Origin: Candidatus Omnitrophota bacterium
GTDB taxonomy: Bacteria; Omnitrophota; Gorgyraeia; 2-01-FULL-45-10
Assembly: GCA_020057115.1 (NCBI GenBank)
Contig: JAGVGJ010000039.1
Location: forward strand, 52,806 to 116,805
DNA length: 64,000 bases
Direction: 5' to 3'
Position numbers and translations under genes: made by a program. Numbering within the stretch: the first letter of the stretch is position 1; every line of letters begins with the position of its first letter. This document shows positions 7,969 through 18,080 of the stretch, piece by piece. The notes beneath the pieces were generated by a model. The model was given only the letters and a program-made list of their open reading frames with translations, did no database searches and was not told the DNA's origin.

Positions 7969-8903
7969 ACATTTTTGGATACTTAGGGCTACTCTTGATA
8001 TTCCCGGGCTTTTTGTTCACGGCCTTCATGGGGCTCATGGTGGGCTGGGTGGACAGGAAGGTCACGGCCAGGATACAGTACAGGGTCGGCCCTCCGTGGT
8101 ACCAGAATTTCTTCGATATTGCGAAGCTATTCTTCATAAAGGAGACGCTGATACCGGCGGGCGTGTCTAGGGCGCTGTTCCTCGGGATGCCGGCCTTGGG
8201 CCTTGCAGGGGCTACTCTGGTCTCCACGATGGTGCTCGTTATAAACGCATCCCCGAAGACGGGTTTTATAGGGGACCTTATCGTAATAGCGTACCTTTTG
8301 CTCATACCGCCTATCGCGGTGATGCTCGGCGGGTTCGTCTCCGAGAACAGCCTCGCGTCGCTCGGCGCGTCGAGGGAGATGAAGCTCATGATGTCATATG
8401 AGCTTCCGTTCATCCTTGCCATGACCGTGCCGATAATAAAGTGCGGCTACTCGATAAAGCTGGGGGAGATGATATCGGCGCAATATGTCAATGGCCCGGT
8501 ATTTGCGAGCGCATCCGGGGTGATCGCTTTCTTCGTCATGATGCTGTGCATCCAGGCGAAGCTCGGATTTGTACCGTTCGATATGCCCGAGGCCGAGACC
8601 GAGATAATGGCAGGCCCGTATATCGAATATTCAGGCAAGGCCCTCGGGATATTCAAGCTGCAGAAGGCGATGCTCGGGTTCATCATCCCCGTATTCATGA
8701 TAACTTTGTTCTTCGGCGGGATAAAGGATGACTTCTCCGGTTTTATGAAGAACATAGCCGAGTTCGCAGGGATACTGGTAATAATGATAGTCATAAAGAA
8801 CACCAACCCCCGCGTCAGGATAGACCAGGCGATGGGATTCTTCTGGAAACCTGTCACCGCCGCGGCGGTAATAGCGGTGGCGTTGGCGTATTTCGGGAAA
8901 TAG
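7965..8903 (+). CDS. NuoH/HycD/MbhM-like membrane subunit of group-4 hydrogenase complex 1
   Basis: The ORF from 7929 overlaps the upstream gene, so the likely start is MNIFGYLGL at 7965. Polytopic, with NuoH-like conserved residues (RKVTARIQYRVGP). Confidence 0.85.
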   Translation: MNIFGYLGLLLIFPGFLFTAFMGLMVGWVDRKVTARIQYRVGPPWYQNFFDIAKLFFIKETLIPAGVSRALFLGMPALGLAGATLVSTMVLVINASPKTGFIGDLIVIAYLLLIPPIAVMLGGFVSENSLASLGASREMKLMMSYELPFILAMTVPIIKCGYSIKLGEMISAQYVNGPVFASASGVIAFFVMMLCIQAKLGFVPFDMPEAETEIMAGPYIEYSGKALGIFKLQKAMLGFIIPVFMITLFFGGIKDDFSGFMKNIAEFAGILVIMIVIKNTNPRVRIDQAMGFFWKPVTAAAVIAVALAYFGK

Positions 8904-8905
8904 AT

Positions 8906-9340
8906 ATGGGATTAAAAGAAAAGATACTCGCGCGCTCGATATATGTCTTCCATGTCTCAAGCGGCAGCTGCAATAATTGCGATATCGAGATACTGGATTG
9001 CCTGACGCCGAGGTTCGACCTGGAGAGATTCGGCGTGGTACTGGTGGGAAGCGTCAAGCATGCCGATGCCATGTTATGCACCGGATCGGTCAACCGTCTC
9101 ACCGTGCCGCGTATAAAAAAATTATACGAGCAGATGCCCAAGCCAGGTTTTGTGATAGCATGGGGCGCGTGCGGCTCATCGCGCGGGCTCTTCAAGGACA
9201 GCTACAATACCGGTGCGCCGCTCGACGAGATAATCCCGGTCGATGCCTATATCCCGGGATGCCCGCCTAAGCCGGAGGCCGTAATAGGCGCGCTCGTCAA
9301 GCTTAAAGAGAAGATATTGAACAAGAAAGCCGTAAAATGA
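8906..9340 (+). CDS. Group-4 [NiFe]-hydrogenase small subunit (NuoB/MbhJ/EchC-like)
   Basis: 144 aa with the proximal [4Fe-4S] ligand motifs CNNCDIE, GSVKHAD...C and GCPP. Confidence 0.9.
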   Translation: MGLKEKILARSIYVFHVSSGSCNNCDIEILDCLTPRFDLERFGVVLVGSVKHADAMLCTGSVNRLTVPRIKKLYEQMPKPGFVIAWGACGSSRGLFKDSYNTGAPLDEIIPVDAYIPGCPPKPEAVIGALVKLKEKILNKKAVK

Positions 9341-9825
9341 CGCTGGACGATATACTCGCAAGCCTTGATAAAAGGTTTAAAGATAGCATCCAGAAGATAG
9401 AGAAGACATCGCCGAAGAAGGCATTCGTGGATATGGACGCGGCGAAGATAACGCAATTCGTTATCCATATCTTCAAGGACCTGGGATTGAGGCCGAATAC
9501 CATAAGCGCTGTCGATACTTTTGGCGGCTTTGAGCTGCTTTACCATTTTTCATATGACCGTTCTGGCGTTACGCTGTCATTAAGAGCTTTATTAAAAGAC
9601 AGGACGGAGCCGACGATAGATACGATCACCGGCATTACCAGATCAGCCTGGTGGATAGAAAGAGAGATACATGAGCTCTTCGGTATAAATTTCAGGGATA
9701 ACAAGGACTTGAGGACTCTGCTATTGCCTGACGACTGGCCGAAGGGCGTATATCCTTTAAGAAAAGATTTTATACCTCCGAAGAGAGATTCGCGGGGCCA
9801 TACCCATAAACCGGGAGCAGCATGA
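9337..9825 (+). CDS. NuoC/MbhK/EchD-like subunit
   Basis: 162 aa, NuoC-like, with a conserved C-terminal segment (ERE.HELFGI, PDDWPKG.YPLRKD). Confidence 0.85.
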   Translation: MTLDDILASLDKRFKDSIQKIEKTSPKKAFVDMDAAKITQFVIHIFKDLGLRPNTISAVDTFGGFELLYHFSYDRSGVTLSLRALLKDRTEPTIDTITGITRSAWWIEREIHELFGINFRDNKDLRTLLLPDDWPKGVYPLRKDFIPPKRDSRGHTHKPGAA

Positions 9826-11009
9826 GCCATAAAGCTACTATACCAATAGGTCCATATCATCCTCTGCAGGAAGAGCCTGAGTTTTATAAGCTGGTGGTAG
9901 AAGGCGAGCGGGTGGTGGATGTTGACGTCAGAATAGGATATAACCACCGCGGCATCGAGAAGATATCCGAGGGAAAGAGCTTCGACCAGGCGATATTTGC
10001 CGTAGAGCGCATATGCGGCATATGTTCTGGCAGCCACCCGATAGCGTGCGTGCAGGCCATAGAAGAGATCGCAAAGGTCGAGATCCCCGAGAGGGCTTTA
10101 TTTATCCGCTCCATCATACAGGAACTCGAGAGGCTCCATTCACACATGTTATGGCTGGGCCTTGCCGGGCACTTCCTGGGATATAACACCATATTTATGT
10201 GGGGATGGAAATACAGGGAGCCGATATGCGATATCATGGAGACTGTCACAGGCAACAGGCAGAACTATGGCATCATGAAGGTGGGCGGCGTAAGGCGCGA
10301 CATAGAGAAGGAACATGTCCCGTATATATTATCAAGGCTCGACGAATTCACTAAACAGCTCGATATGCTGAAAGGCGCCATACTCGACGATCCGGTGCTT
10401 CACGCGCGGCTTAAAGGCGTCGGGATCCTGACAAAAGAGAAGGCCATCGATTATGCAGCCCTTGGCCCGACCGCCAGGGCCTCCGGCGTAGATATAGACG
10501 CAAGGCGCGACTATCCTTATGCGGCATACCCAAGGGTCAAGTGGAATGTCATTACCCAGAAAGAGGGCGACGTATTCGCAAAGACGGTGGTGAGGATACT
10601 TGAGATGTATGAATCGGTCAATATCATAAGGCAGTGCCTGGATAAAATGCCGCAAGGGCCGATCGACGCGAAGGTAAAGGATGTTCCGCCGGGTGAAGGA
10701 ATAGGCCAGATAGAGGCTCCGCGCGGCGAATGTTTCCATTATATAAAATCGGACGGCACGAATTCTCCCATGAGGCACAAAATAAGGGCCCCGACCTTCA
10801 TGAATTTTGCCACGTTCCGCGAAACTGTCATAGGCGAGACGGTCTCCGACGCTACGATAATACTGGCCGCGATCGATCCGTGCTATTGCTGCACCGAGAG
10901 GATGGTAGTAGTCAACTCCAAAGATAGAGAGCTGTATAAAGGACCGGACCTGATAAAGCTGTCGCAGGAAAAGACAAGGCTCATAAAAGAGAAGATGCAG
11001 AGGCTATAA
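9822..11009 (+). CDS. Group-4 [NiFe]-hydrogenase large subunit-like (NuoD/MbhL/EchE-like), possibly Mbx/MBS-type
   Basis: 395 aa with N-terminal L1 motif RICGICSGSH and C-terminal L2 motif DPCYCCTER (an extra Cys where Ech/HycE have Ser). A 32-aa C-terminal extension follows the Arg, the expected substrate of the HycI-like protease. Confidence 0.85.
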   Translation: MSHKATIPIGPYHPLQEEPEFYKLVVEGERVVDVDVRIGYNHRGIEKISEGKSFDQAIFAVERICGICSGSHPIACVQAIEEIAKVEIPERALFIRSIIQELERLHSHMLWLGLAGHFLGYNTIFMWGWKYREPICDIMETVTGNRQNYGIMKVGGVRRDIEKEHVPYILSRLDEFTKQLDMLKGAILDDPVLHARLKGVGILTKEKAIDYAALGPTARASGVDIDARRDYPYAAYPRVKWNVITQKEGDVFAKTVVRILEMYESVNIIRQCLDKMPQGPIDAKVKDVPPGEGIGQIEAPRGECFHYIKSDGTNSPMRHKIRAPTFMNFATFRETVIGETVSDATIILAAIDPCYCCTERMVVVNSKDRELYKGPDLIKLSQEKTRLIKEKMQRL

Positions 11010-11011
11010 GG

Positions 11012-12823
11012 ATGTACGCGAATATATTAGCGAATATGGTTCTTTTGCCGATATCGGCCGGGCTTGCCATGTTCATCATCCCGGAGCGGTACGGCAGGCT
11101 GGCTAAATTTTTAAGCTTTATCATAGCGCTCGGCCTTTTCGCCGCATCGATATATGTCTTTAATGTTAAGCCGGCATTCTGGCCGGGAGTGGATAAGCCG
11201 ATATTTATGGCAGATACTCTCTCGTCATTTATAGGGCTCGGGATAGCCTTCTTCGCGCTTGTCACTTTGACATATTCATTCGCTTTCATAGATAAAGATA
11301 TCGTGAAGTATAACAGTTATGTCCTCATCACCCTCGGCAGTTCTTTAGGAGCTTGCTACAGCGCGAACTTCCTGGGGCTTCTGATATTCTGGGGGGTCCT
11401 CGCGCTTGCCCTGTATCTACTGGTAAATATGTCCGGGACATCCGGAGCGGCAAAGGCGTCCGAGAAGGCGCTTGTGATAATAGGCGGCACCGACGCCCTC
11501 ATGTTGTTCGGCGTAGGCATACTCTGGGCCGCGACAGGCTCGTTCTCAATGGATAAGACGCACCTGCCGCTGGACAGCGCGCTATCCATAATAGCGTATC
11601 TTTCCATAGCGAGCGCTTCCCTGGCAAAGGCCGGTGCGATGCCGTTCCACTCGTGGCTGCCCGACGTGGCTGAAGAGGCCAAAGTGCCGGTCACAGCGTA
11701 TCTTCCGGCATCGCTCGACAAACTTCTGGGGATATATCTCCTCGCCAGGATATCGCTCGATATCTTCGCGATGAACAGCATATCTAACACCATACTCCTT
11801 GTCATCGGATCGGTAACCCTCATATTCGCCGTGACGCTCGCGCTCGTCCAGCATGACATGAAGAGGCTCCTCGGATATCATGCCGTATCTCAGGTTGGTT
11901 ATATGATCATCGGCATCGGCACGGCAAGCCCCATAGGGATAGCCGGAGCGCTGTTCCACATGCTCAATAACGCGATCTATAAATCATGCCTCTTCCTTAC
12001 GAGCGGCGCGGTAGAGCAGAAGACCGGCTCGACCGACATGTCGAAACTCGGCGGGCTTTCGAAATATATGCCCGTGACCTTCGCCGCGTGCCTTGTGTCA
12101 TCGCTTGCCATATCGGGCATTCCGCCGTTCAACGGGTTCGTCTCAAAATGGATGATATATCAGGGCATCATAGAATCGGCCAAGAGTTCCGGCCCGCTCT
12201 GGGTAATATGGCTGGTCGCGGCGATGTACGGGAGCGCGCTGACGATAGCAAGCTTCATGAAACTCCTGCATTCGGTATTTCTGGGTCGCCCTGCGAGGAA
12301 TTTCGGGGACGTGAAAGATGTCGGGCTTCTTATGGCAGTCCCCATGGCGATACTTGCGCTTCTTTCGATAATATTCGGGATATTTGCGTTCACCATACCG
12401 CTGAAGCTTTTCATAATACCGGCTGCCGGCAGCGCGGTATTTTATATAGGGACATGGAGCCCGGGCGCGGCTACCATGATGCTTGTAGCCGGCCTTATCA
12501 TAGGCCTCGGGATATACGCGTTCATGAAGTCCAAGTCATTCCGCACGACTACCACTTTCATAGGGGGCGAGGAGCCGTCGTCGATGGACAGGGTCTCCGG
12601 CACGGAATTCTATGACACGTTGAAGGATATGAAATGGCTCGGCAGGATATATAAGAAGGAAGATTCCGGCTCTTTTGATATATATGTCCAGACGAAGAAC
12701 CTTATATCGGTATTCACCGGTGTCCTCCAGCGCCTTCACAACGGAGTGCTGCCGACTTATATAGTATGGTGCCTTCTCGGGATGATCGGTTTGTTCATCG
12801 TCCTGTTCATGGGTAAGATATGA
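11012..12823 (+). CDS. MrpA/MrpD/NuoL-like antiporter subunit (MbhH-like)
   Basis: 603 aa, polytopic, with conserved WLPDV..A and HAVSQ.GYM motifs. Confidence 0.85.
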   Translation: MYANILANMVLLPISAGLAMFIIPERYGRLAKFLSFIIALGLFAASIYVFNVKPAFWPGVDKPIFMADTLSSFIGLGIAFFALVTLTYSFAFIDKDIVKYNSYVLITLGSSLGACYSANFLGLLIFWGVLALALYLLVNMSGTSGAAKASEKALVIIGGTDALMLFGVGILWAATGSFSMDKTHLPLDSALSIIAYLSIASASLAKAGAMPFHSWLPDVAEEAKVPVTAYLPASLDKLLGIYLLARISLDIFAMNSISNTILLVIGSVTLIFAVTLALVQHDMKRLLGYHAVSQVGYMIIGIGTASPIGIAGALFHMLNNAIYKSCLFLTSGAVEQKTGSTDMSKLGGLSKYMPVTFAACLVSSLAISGIPPFNGFVSKWMIYQGIIESAKSSGPLWVIWLVAAMYGSALTIASFMKLLHSVFLGRPARNFGDVKDVGLLMAVPMAILALLSIIFGIFAFTIPLKLFIIPAAGSAVFYIGTWSPGAATMMLVAGLIIGLGIYAFMKSKSFRTTTTFIGGEEPSSMDRVSGTEFYDTLKDMKWLGRIYKKEDSGSFDIYVQTKNLISVFTGVLQRLHNGVLPTYIVWCLLGMIGLFIVLFMGKI

Positions 12824-13341
12824 TAGAGATACATCTTCTTCTGCTTTTTATGATCGCCGCGGCCGTGATAGCCGTAGAGGCGAAAGACCTTTTGTCGAGC
12901 GTCATAGCGGTCGGCGCTGTCGGGATAGGCCTCTCGCTGTCATTTCTGGTACTGAAAGCGCCTGACCTCGCAATAATGCAGCTTGTGGTCGAGATATTGA
13001 GCCTCATCATACTCATCAGGGGCACGATACGGAGGGACCTTCCGTTCTCTGCTTCAGGAAGATGGTATTTTAATACGATAACCACGGTATGTTTTGTGAT
13101 AGTCTTCATAGGCCTTGCGCTCCTGACATTTAGGAGCCTGCCGGATCTGGGCAATGCCACGATGAGGGTATCGAAAGCCTATATCGCGGAAGGGATGCTT
13201 AGGACAGGCGCCAAGAACATAGTCGCAGCCATAACCCTTAATTACAGGGCATACGACACCCTGGGCGAGGCGACTATGATATTCGCCGCCGTAATAGGCG
13301 TCCTTGTGATAGCAAGGAAGACAGGCAAAAAGGAAAAATAA
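12820..13341 (+). CDS. MnhB/MrpB-domain membrane subunit (MbhD/E-like)
   Basis: 173 aa hydrophobic protein within the Mrp module. Confidence 0.55.
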   Translation: MIEIHLLLLFMIAAAVIAVEAKDLLSSVIAVGAVGIGLSLSFLVLKAPDLAIMQLVVEILSLIILIRGTIRRDLPFSASGRWYFNTITTVCFVIVFIGLALLTFRSLPDLGNATMRVSKAYIAEGMLRTGAKNIVAAITLNYRAYDTLGEATMIFAAVIGVLVIARKTGKKEK

Positions 13342-13342
13342 T

Positions 13343-13804
13343 ATGGCCGATATAGCCAGAGAGCATGGGATGACGGTGATAGTGAAGACGGTGACGCGTC
13401 TTACGCTGGCATTCATCCTTCTCTACGGCATATACATAGCCCTGAACGGCCACATATCTCCGGGGGGCGGGTTCGTGGGCGGTGTCATAGTCGCGCTTTC
13501 ATTCGTCCATGTGATGCTCGCCTTCGGCAAAGAGGCCGCGCTGAAGAGGCTCCATTCCAAGGGCTTGAGGCTCGCCGTGAATATCGGCGCGCTCATGTTC
13601 CTCTACATAGTCATGATGCGTTTCGCCTGGAAATTCCCGGCCGGAAGGTTCATCATAGAGAAGATGAGGCCTCACGAGATATTCGCGAATGAGATAATAT
13701 TACCTCTTTGCGAATTAGCGATAGTCGGGGCGGGATTATTCACCGTATTTATCGCGCTGGTGCTGCTCTGTAAGTATGAAGAAAAAATAGAGAAGGAGAA
13801 GTAG
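13343..13804 (+). CDS. MnhB/MrpB-family subunit (MbhF-like)
   Basis: The HISPGGGFVGG signature of the MnhB family. Confidence 0.7.
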   Translation: MADIAREHGMTVIVKTVTRLTLAFILLYGIYIALNGHISPGGGFVGGVIVALSFVHVMLAFGKEAALKRLHSKGLRLAVNIGALMFLYIVMMRFAWKFPAGRFIIEKMRPHEIFANEIILPLCELAIVGAGLFTVFIALVLLCKYEEKIEKEK

Positions 13805-13808
13805 GCCT

Positions 13809-14147
13809 GTGACAGCGTATATATTATGCCTTGTATTATTCTCGATAGGCCTTTACTGCGCCCTAAGGAAGAGGAACGTGGTCAAGATAATAATCGGGAT
13901 CGGCATCATGGAATATGCGGCGAATTTCCTATTCGTCTTGATAGGATACCGCTCCGGCGGCCGCTCGCCGATATATGCCAATGACCAGGTTATAAAGAGC
14001 ATGGTAGATCCGCTTCCGCAGGCCGTGGTGGCAGTAGCGATCGTGCTCAACCTGTCCGTGACGCTACTACTGGTCGCGATAGCGATAAAGCTTTATGAAA
14101 AGTACGGGACATTTGACATAACCAAGATAAATGACTTGAAGGGGTAA
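13809..14147 (+). CDS. MrpC/NuoK-like subunit (MbhG-like)
   Basis: 112 aa with three TM helices, NuoK-like. Confidence 0.7.
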   Translation: MTAYILCLVLFSIGLYCALRKRNVVKIIIGIGIMEYAANFLFVLIGYRSGGRSPIYANDQVIKSMVDPLPQAVVAVAIVLNLSVTLLLVAIAIKLYEKYGTFDITKINDLKG

Positions 14148-14156
14148 TAAAACAAC

Positions 14157-15653
14157 ATGGCTTTCATCCCATTCTTCATAGCGATACCTTTAGGAGCGGC
14201 ATTCTTGATCTCGCTTGCGGGAAAGAGGTTCAGGGCGTCTTCCGGCCCAATCGCGTGCGCGGCATCGCTCTTCCTCCTTGCGGCATCCCTCGCAATTGTG
14301 AAGCCGGTCCTGGCCCACAAGACGCTTGTATACAGGGTGGGGAACTGGCTTCCGCCGTTCGGCATACCCATGATAGTAGACAGCCTGACGGCGCTCATGC
14401 TCGTACTTGCCGGTATCGTCGTATTTTTTGTCACCATTTATTCTATAGGATATATGAAGCCATATACGGACAAGTGGAAGTATTATACCCTCCTCATGCT
14501 TCTGGTGGGAGGGTCTAACGGCGTTCTTCTGGCCGGCGACATATTTAATATGTTCGTCTTTCTCGAGATAGCGTCCATATCCGTATACGCGCTTGTCGCC
14601 TATGGTACCGAAAAACATTCTCTGGAAGGGGCATTCAAATATGCAGTAATGAGCTCCATAGGCTCGGTCTTCATATTTCTGGGTATAGCCATCCTCTATA
14701 GCTACACATCCACGCTTAACATGGCAGACATGGCCGCTGTCCTTATGCAGAAGGGGCCGGGAATGATAGTGCCTTTTGTCACGACCCTCTTCCTGGTCGG
14801 CTTCGGCCTCAAGGCGGGCCTCATGCCTTTCCACGCGTGGCTTCCGGACGCGTATTCCGCGGCTCCGGCGACGGTTCCGGCATTATCATCCGGAGTCCTG
14901 ATCAAGGTATTGGGGTTATACGCGATATCAAGGATCGTCTTCAACGTGTTCGGCATAAATGCCGAGGTCTCCAATATCCTCGTGATATTAGGTTCTCTGT
15001 CCATGGTAGGCGGAAGCATCCTCGCTTTCGGGCAGACGAAGATGAAGCGGCTCCTTGGGTATTCGAGCATCAGCCAGGTCGGATATATAGCTATCGGCCT
15101 GGGCGTCGGGACGCCGCTCGCGCTCTTCGGGAGCATATTCTATCTTTTGAACCACAGCCTTTCAAAGGCCCTCTTATTCTTAAGCGCCGGAGCGATCGAA
15201 CATTCGACGGGCACCGATGAGCTTGGATCTATAAGGGGAACCTGCAGGAGATCTCCGCTGGCCGGATGGGCCAGCCTTGTGGGCGCGCTATCCATAAGCG
15301 GCATACCGCCTCTCGGAGGATTCTGGGCGAAGCTCATTATAATATTCGCGTGCATACAGGCCGGAAGGCCGATGCTCGCATTCCTCATGGTGCTGGCAAG
15401 CATATTTACGCTCATCTATTATTTTAAAGCGTTTACCGGCGTCCTGTTCGGCTCTGAGTCAGAAAAGTCCAGGCCGTTCGAAAAGGCACTGTCGCCCCAT
15501 ATGGCCCTTGCGCTATTCTGCCTTACCGCTCTTGTGGTTGCCGCGGGGCTTGTGCTCCTTCCGGGGAAATGGCAGGCGCTTATTAACGGCGCGGTGGGCG
15601 TTCTTTCAGGCGGAAGGGATTACGCGATCATACTATTTGGAGCCATGAGATGA
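14157..15653 (+). CDS. Second MrpD/NuoN-like antiporter subunit of complex 1 (H'-like paralogue)
   Basis: 498 aa with FHAWLPDAYSAAPA and the SISQVGYI motif. Confidence 0.85.
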   Translation: MAFIPFFIAIPLGAAFLISLAGKRFRASSGPIACAASLFLLAASLAIVKPVLAHKTLVYRVGNWLPPFGIPMIVDSLTALMLVLAGIVVFFVTIYSIGYMKPYTDKWKYYTLLMLLVGGSNGVLLAGDIFNMFVFLEIASISVYALVAYGTEKHSLEGAFKYAVMSSIGSVFIFLGIAILYSYTSTLNMADMAAVLMQKGPGMIVPFVTTLFLVGFGLKAGLMPFHAWLPDAYSAAPATVPALSSGVLIKVLGLYAISRIVFNVFGINAEVSNILVILGSLSMVGGSILAFGQTKMKRLLGYSSISQVGYIAIGLGVGTPLALFGSIFYLLNHSLSKALLFLSAGAIEHSTGTDELGSIRGTCRRSPLAGWASLVGALSISGIPPLGGFWAKLIIIFACIQAGRPMLAFLMVLASIFTLIYYFKAFTGVLFGSESEKSRPFEKALSPHMALALFCLTALVVAAGLVLLPGKWQALINGAVGVLSGGRDYAIILFGAMR

Positions 15654-16150
15654 TGAAGAAGGCATTCCTGTTCATGCTTTGGTATCTGGTCTGGTGCCTT
15701 CTCGCATGGCCGCCAAGCATGCAGCACATGATAATAGGTATATTCGTAGCCTCGTTCGTGTCATTGATGACGAACGACATGTTCTCCGGAAAGCCGCTGG
15801 ATACCAGGTTGAATCCCGCCAGATATATGTGGTTCCTTTATTATGTAGCAGTGTTCGCATGGGAATGTTTCAAAGCGAATATAGACGTGGCGTACAGAGT
15901 GTTGCACCCGGACCTTCCGATAAAGCCCGGGACGATAAGGGTGAAGACAAGCCTTAAATCCGACGCCGGCCTCACTTTCCTGGCAAATTCGGTTACGCTT
16001 ACCCCGGGGACCACGAGCGTCGATATCGACAGGGATAAAGGTCTTATATATATTCACATGCTTTATATCAGCGACAGTTATGACAAGGATTCCATGAAGC
16101 TCAAAGTCGTAGACAAGTTCGAGAAGATATTGAGGAGGATATTCGAATGA
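15650..16150 (+). CDS. MrpE-like subunit (MbhA-like)
   Basis: 166 aa. The size, position in the Mrp module and hydrophobic N-terminus fit MnhE. Confidence 0.55.
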   Translation: MMKKAFLFMLWYLVWCLLAWPPSMQHMIIGIFVASFVSLMTNDMFSGKPLDTRLNPARYMWFLYYVAVFAWECFKANIDVAYRVLHPDLPIKPGTIRVKTSLKSDAGLTFLANSVTLTPGTTSVDIDRDKGLIYIHMLYISDSYDKDSMKLKVVDKFEKILRRIFE

Positions 16151-16512
16151 TCCCCGGAAGGGTCCGCTGGTTCATAGGCCTCGTGGCGTCATTTGCGGTC
16201 CTGGCGCTGATATTATTCCTGCCGCTTCCGTCGATGTTAAAGTGGCAGTCGGGCTTCCTGGGCCGCGCGTTCCTGTGGCTTCTGGTATGCGCCATACTTT
16301 GTCTGGCAAGGGTGGTGAGGGGGCCGACCGCGCCGGACAGGTCGGTCGCCATAGACATGCTCGGGATATTGATAGTCGGTTTCTGCGCCATCTTAAGCCT
16401 TTCTACGGGAAGAGATTGGTACATAGATATAGGGATAGCGTGGGCGCTGCAGAGCTTTATCGGCGTTATGGCTCTTGCCAAATACCTGGAAGGAAGGGAC
16501 TTCGATGAATGA
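16147..16512 (+). CDS. MrpF-like subunit (MbhB-like)
   Basis: 121 aa with three TM helices, positioned between the MrpE-like and MrpG-like genes. Confidence 0.55.
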   Translation: MIPGRVRWFIGLVASFAVLALILFLPLPSMLKWQSGFLGRAFLWLLVCAILCLARVVRGPTAPDRSVAIDMLGILIVGFCAILSLSTGRDWYIDIGIAWALQSFIGVMALAKYLEGRDFDE

Positions 16513-16840
16513 GAAGATAGGGATGGTGGTCATAGTGCTAGGGCTTGCATTCGACTTCTTCGGGTGCGTAGGCCTCATAAGGTTCCCGGATGTATATAAC
16601 AGGCTGCAAGCTTCGGCTAAGTGCGTGACCCTCGGGACATGCGGCATTCTCCTGGGGCTGTTCCTGTTCAAAGGTTTCAGCGGTGCCGGTATAAAGGCGT
16701 TATTGTGCATGGTATTCATATTGTTGACCGCTCCCGTCTCAGCCCACGCCCTCGCGCGGGCGGCATACCGCTCAGGGGTGAAGCCCTGGGGCGGTACGGT
16801 TGTGGATCATTACGGCGAAGACCTTGAAAATATAAAGTAG
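16505..16840 (+). CDS. MrpG-like subunit (MbhC-like)
   Basis: The MnhG signature RFPDVYNRLQASAK. The likely start is MNEKIG at 16505 (the ORF is listed from 16475). Confidence 0.75.
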   Translation: MNEKIGMVVIVLGLAFDFFGCVGLIRFPDVYNRLQASAKCVTLGTCGILLGLFLFKGFSGAGIKALLCMVFILLTAPVSAHALARAAYRSGVKPWGGTVVDHYGEDLENIK

Positions 16841-16848
16841 AGGAGCCT

Positions 16849-17457
16849 ATGAATATAAATGATATCAGGACGAAGACCATGATAATGGCCGATAAGGCCT
16901 ATGAGATGCTCGGCCTTGTCGAAAAAGGTTTTATGGAGAACAAGTCTGAGCCGCTGTCCCAGGCCATGAGGGTCGAAGACGATATAAATGACCTGGAAAA
17001 GTCCCTCACGAGGAACATCCTTGACATATCGATGGCGTCTACCAGCGAGAAGGACAGAAGAGAGCTTGCCACGCTCCAGCAGACGGTGGAGATGCTGGAA
17101 AGGATGGGCGATGAAGCGGCAAGCCTCATCGAGCGCATAGAGATAAAGGTGGCGGAGAAACTGCTCTTCAGCGACTCCGGGGTCGTCCAGTATAACGAGA
17201 CTTACCACGCGATGAAGCGTTCGGTAGAGATGATGCGCGAATTCCTCGCGAAGAATGATAAAGTCTTAAGGGAGAAGGTGATCGAGAACGGCTTCCACGT
17301 AAAGGAACTGGTGGAGCGATACCGCAAAGAACATACAGACAGGCTCCTGAAAGGGCTCTGTACGCCCATGGGCGCGAACATGTATTTCGACATGCTAGAT
17401 TTTACCGGCAACCTGGCGAGGCATTCCTCGACGATCACCAAATTTTTCGATTGCTAA
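16849..17457 (+). CDS. PhoU-like / DUF47 family protein
   Basis: 202 aa helical protein with PhoU-like repeats (D.INDLE....M.ER.GDEA), embedded in the hydrogenase operon. Confidence 0.55.
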   Translation: MNINDIRTKTMIMADKAYEMLGLVEKGFMENKSEPLSQAMRVEDDINDLEKSLTRNILDISMASTSEKDRRELATLQQTVEMLERMGDEAASLIERIEIKVAEKLLFSDSGVVQYNETYHAMKRSVEMMREFLAKNDKVLREKVIENGFHVKELVERYRKEHTDRLLKGLCTPMGANMYFDMLDFTGNLARHSSTITKFFDC

Positions 17458-17458
17458 A

Positions 17459-18079
17459 ATGAGATATCCTAAATTAAGAGAACTGATCGAAGCCGTAAAG
17501 GCCGTCATGAAGGGGCCGTATACGACGAGCTATCCGCGCAAGCCGCACAAGCCGGCGAAGCGTTTTCGCGGGAAGCCCGAATATTCGAATATCGGCTGCA
17601 TTGCGTGCGGTGCCTGCGCGCTCGTCTGCCCTGCCAGGGCGATAGAGTCCCGCGACAACATAACGAAAGACAATGCTACCAGGAAGATGGTCCTCCACCT
17701 TGACGAGTGCCATTATTGCGGCCAGTGCAGCGCTCTGTGCACCACCAAAGACGATGATCCGCCGGGCGTGCAGCACACCACAGAGTTCGATCTTGCGGGA
17801 TTTGACAGGGAGGCCATGGTCTCTACCACAGACGAAAAAGAGCTGGCCCTTTGCGAGGTATGCGGGGATGTCATAACTGCCAAAGCGCATCTTGCCTGGA
17901 TAGTGAAGAGGCTGGGGCCGCTCGCATATTCCAATCCGACGCTCTTCTTGTCTTCCTTGAAAGAGATGGGCCTTGCCGATGACATATTCTCCGCCGCCAA
18001 AGATTATGTGCTCAGGTCCGACAGGATCAAGATCCTCTGTTCCGACTGCAGGAGGAAGGCTACGATCGAAAGGTACTAA
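17459..18079 (+). CDS. NuoI/MbhN-like 2x[4Fe-4S] ferredoxin subunit with a C-terminal Cys-containing extension
   Basis: CIACGACALVCP and CHYCGQCSALC motifs, plus CEVCG...CSDC in the extension. Confidence 0.75.
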   Translation: MRYPKLRELIEAVKAVMKGPYTTSYPRKPHKPAKRFRGKPEYSNIGCIACGACALVCPARAIESRDNITKDNATRKMVLHLDECHYCGQCSALCTTKDDDPPGVQHTTEFDLAGFDREAMVSTTDEKELALCEVCGDVITAKAHLAWIVKRLGPLAYSNPTLFLSSLKEMGLADDIFSAAKDYVLRSDRIKILCSDCRRKATIERY

Positions 18080-18080
18080 G

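Noticed and set aside
8441-8731. Arg-rich 96-aa + strand ORF overlapping the NuoH-like gene
   Set aside because: It is an alternative frame of a strongly supported membrane-subunit gene, so it is spurious.
14190-14834. Long antisense ORFs inside mrp/nuoL-type genes (for example 14190-14834, 54389-55018, 11356-11859, 44789-45661)
   Set aside because: They lie opposite well-supported, conserved genes. They show Arg/His-rich or otherwise biased composition typical of antisense frames, and have no independent support.
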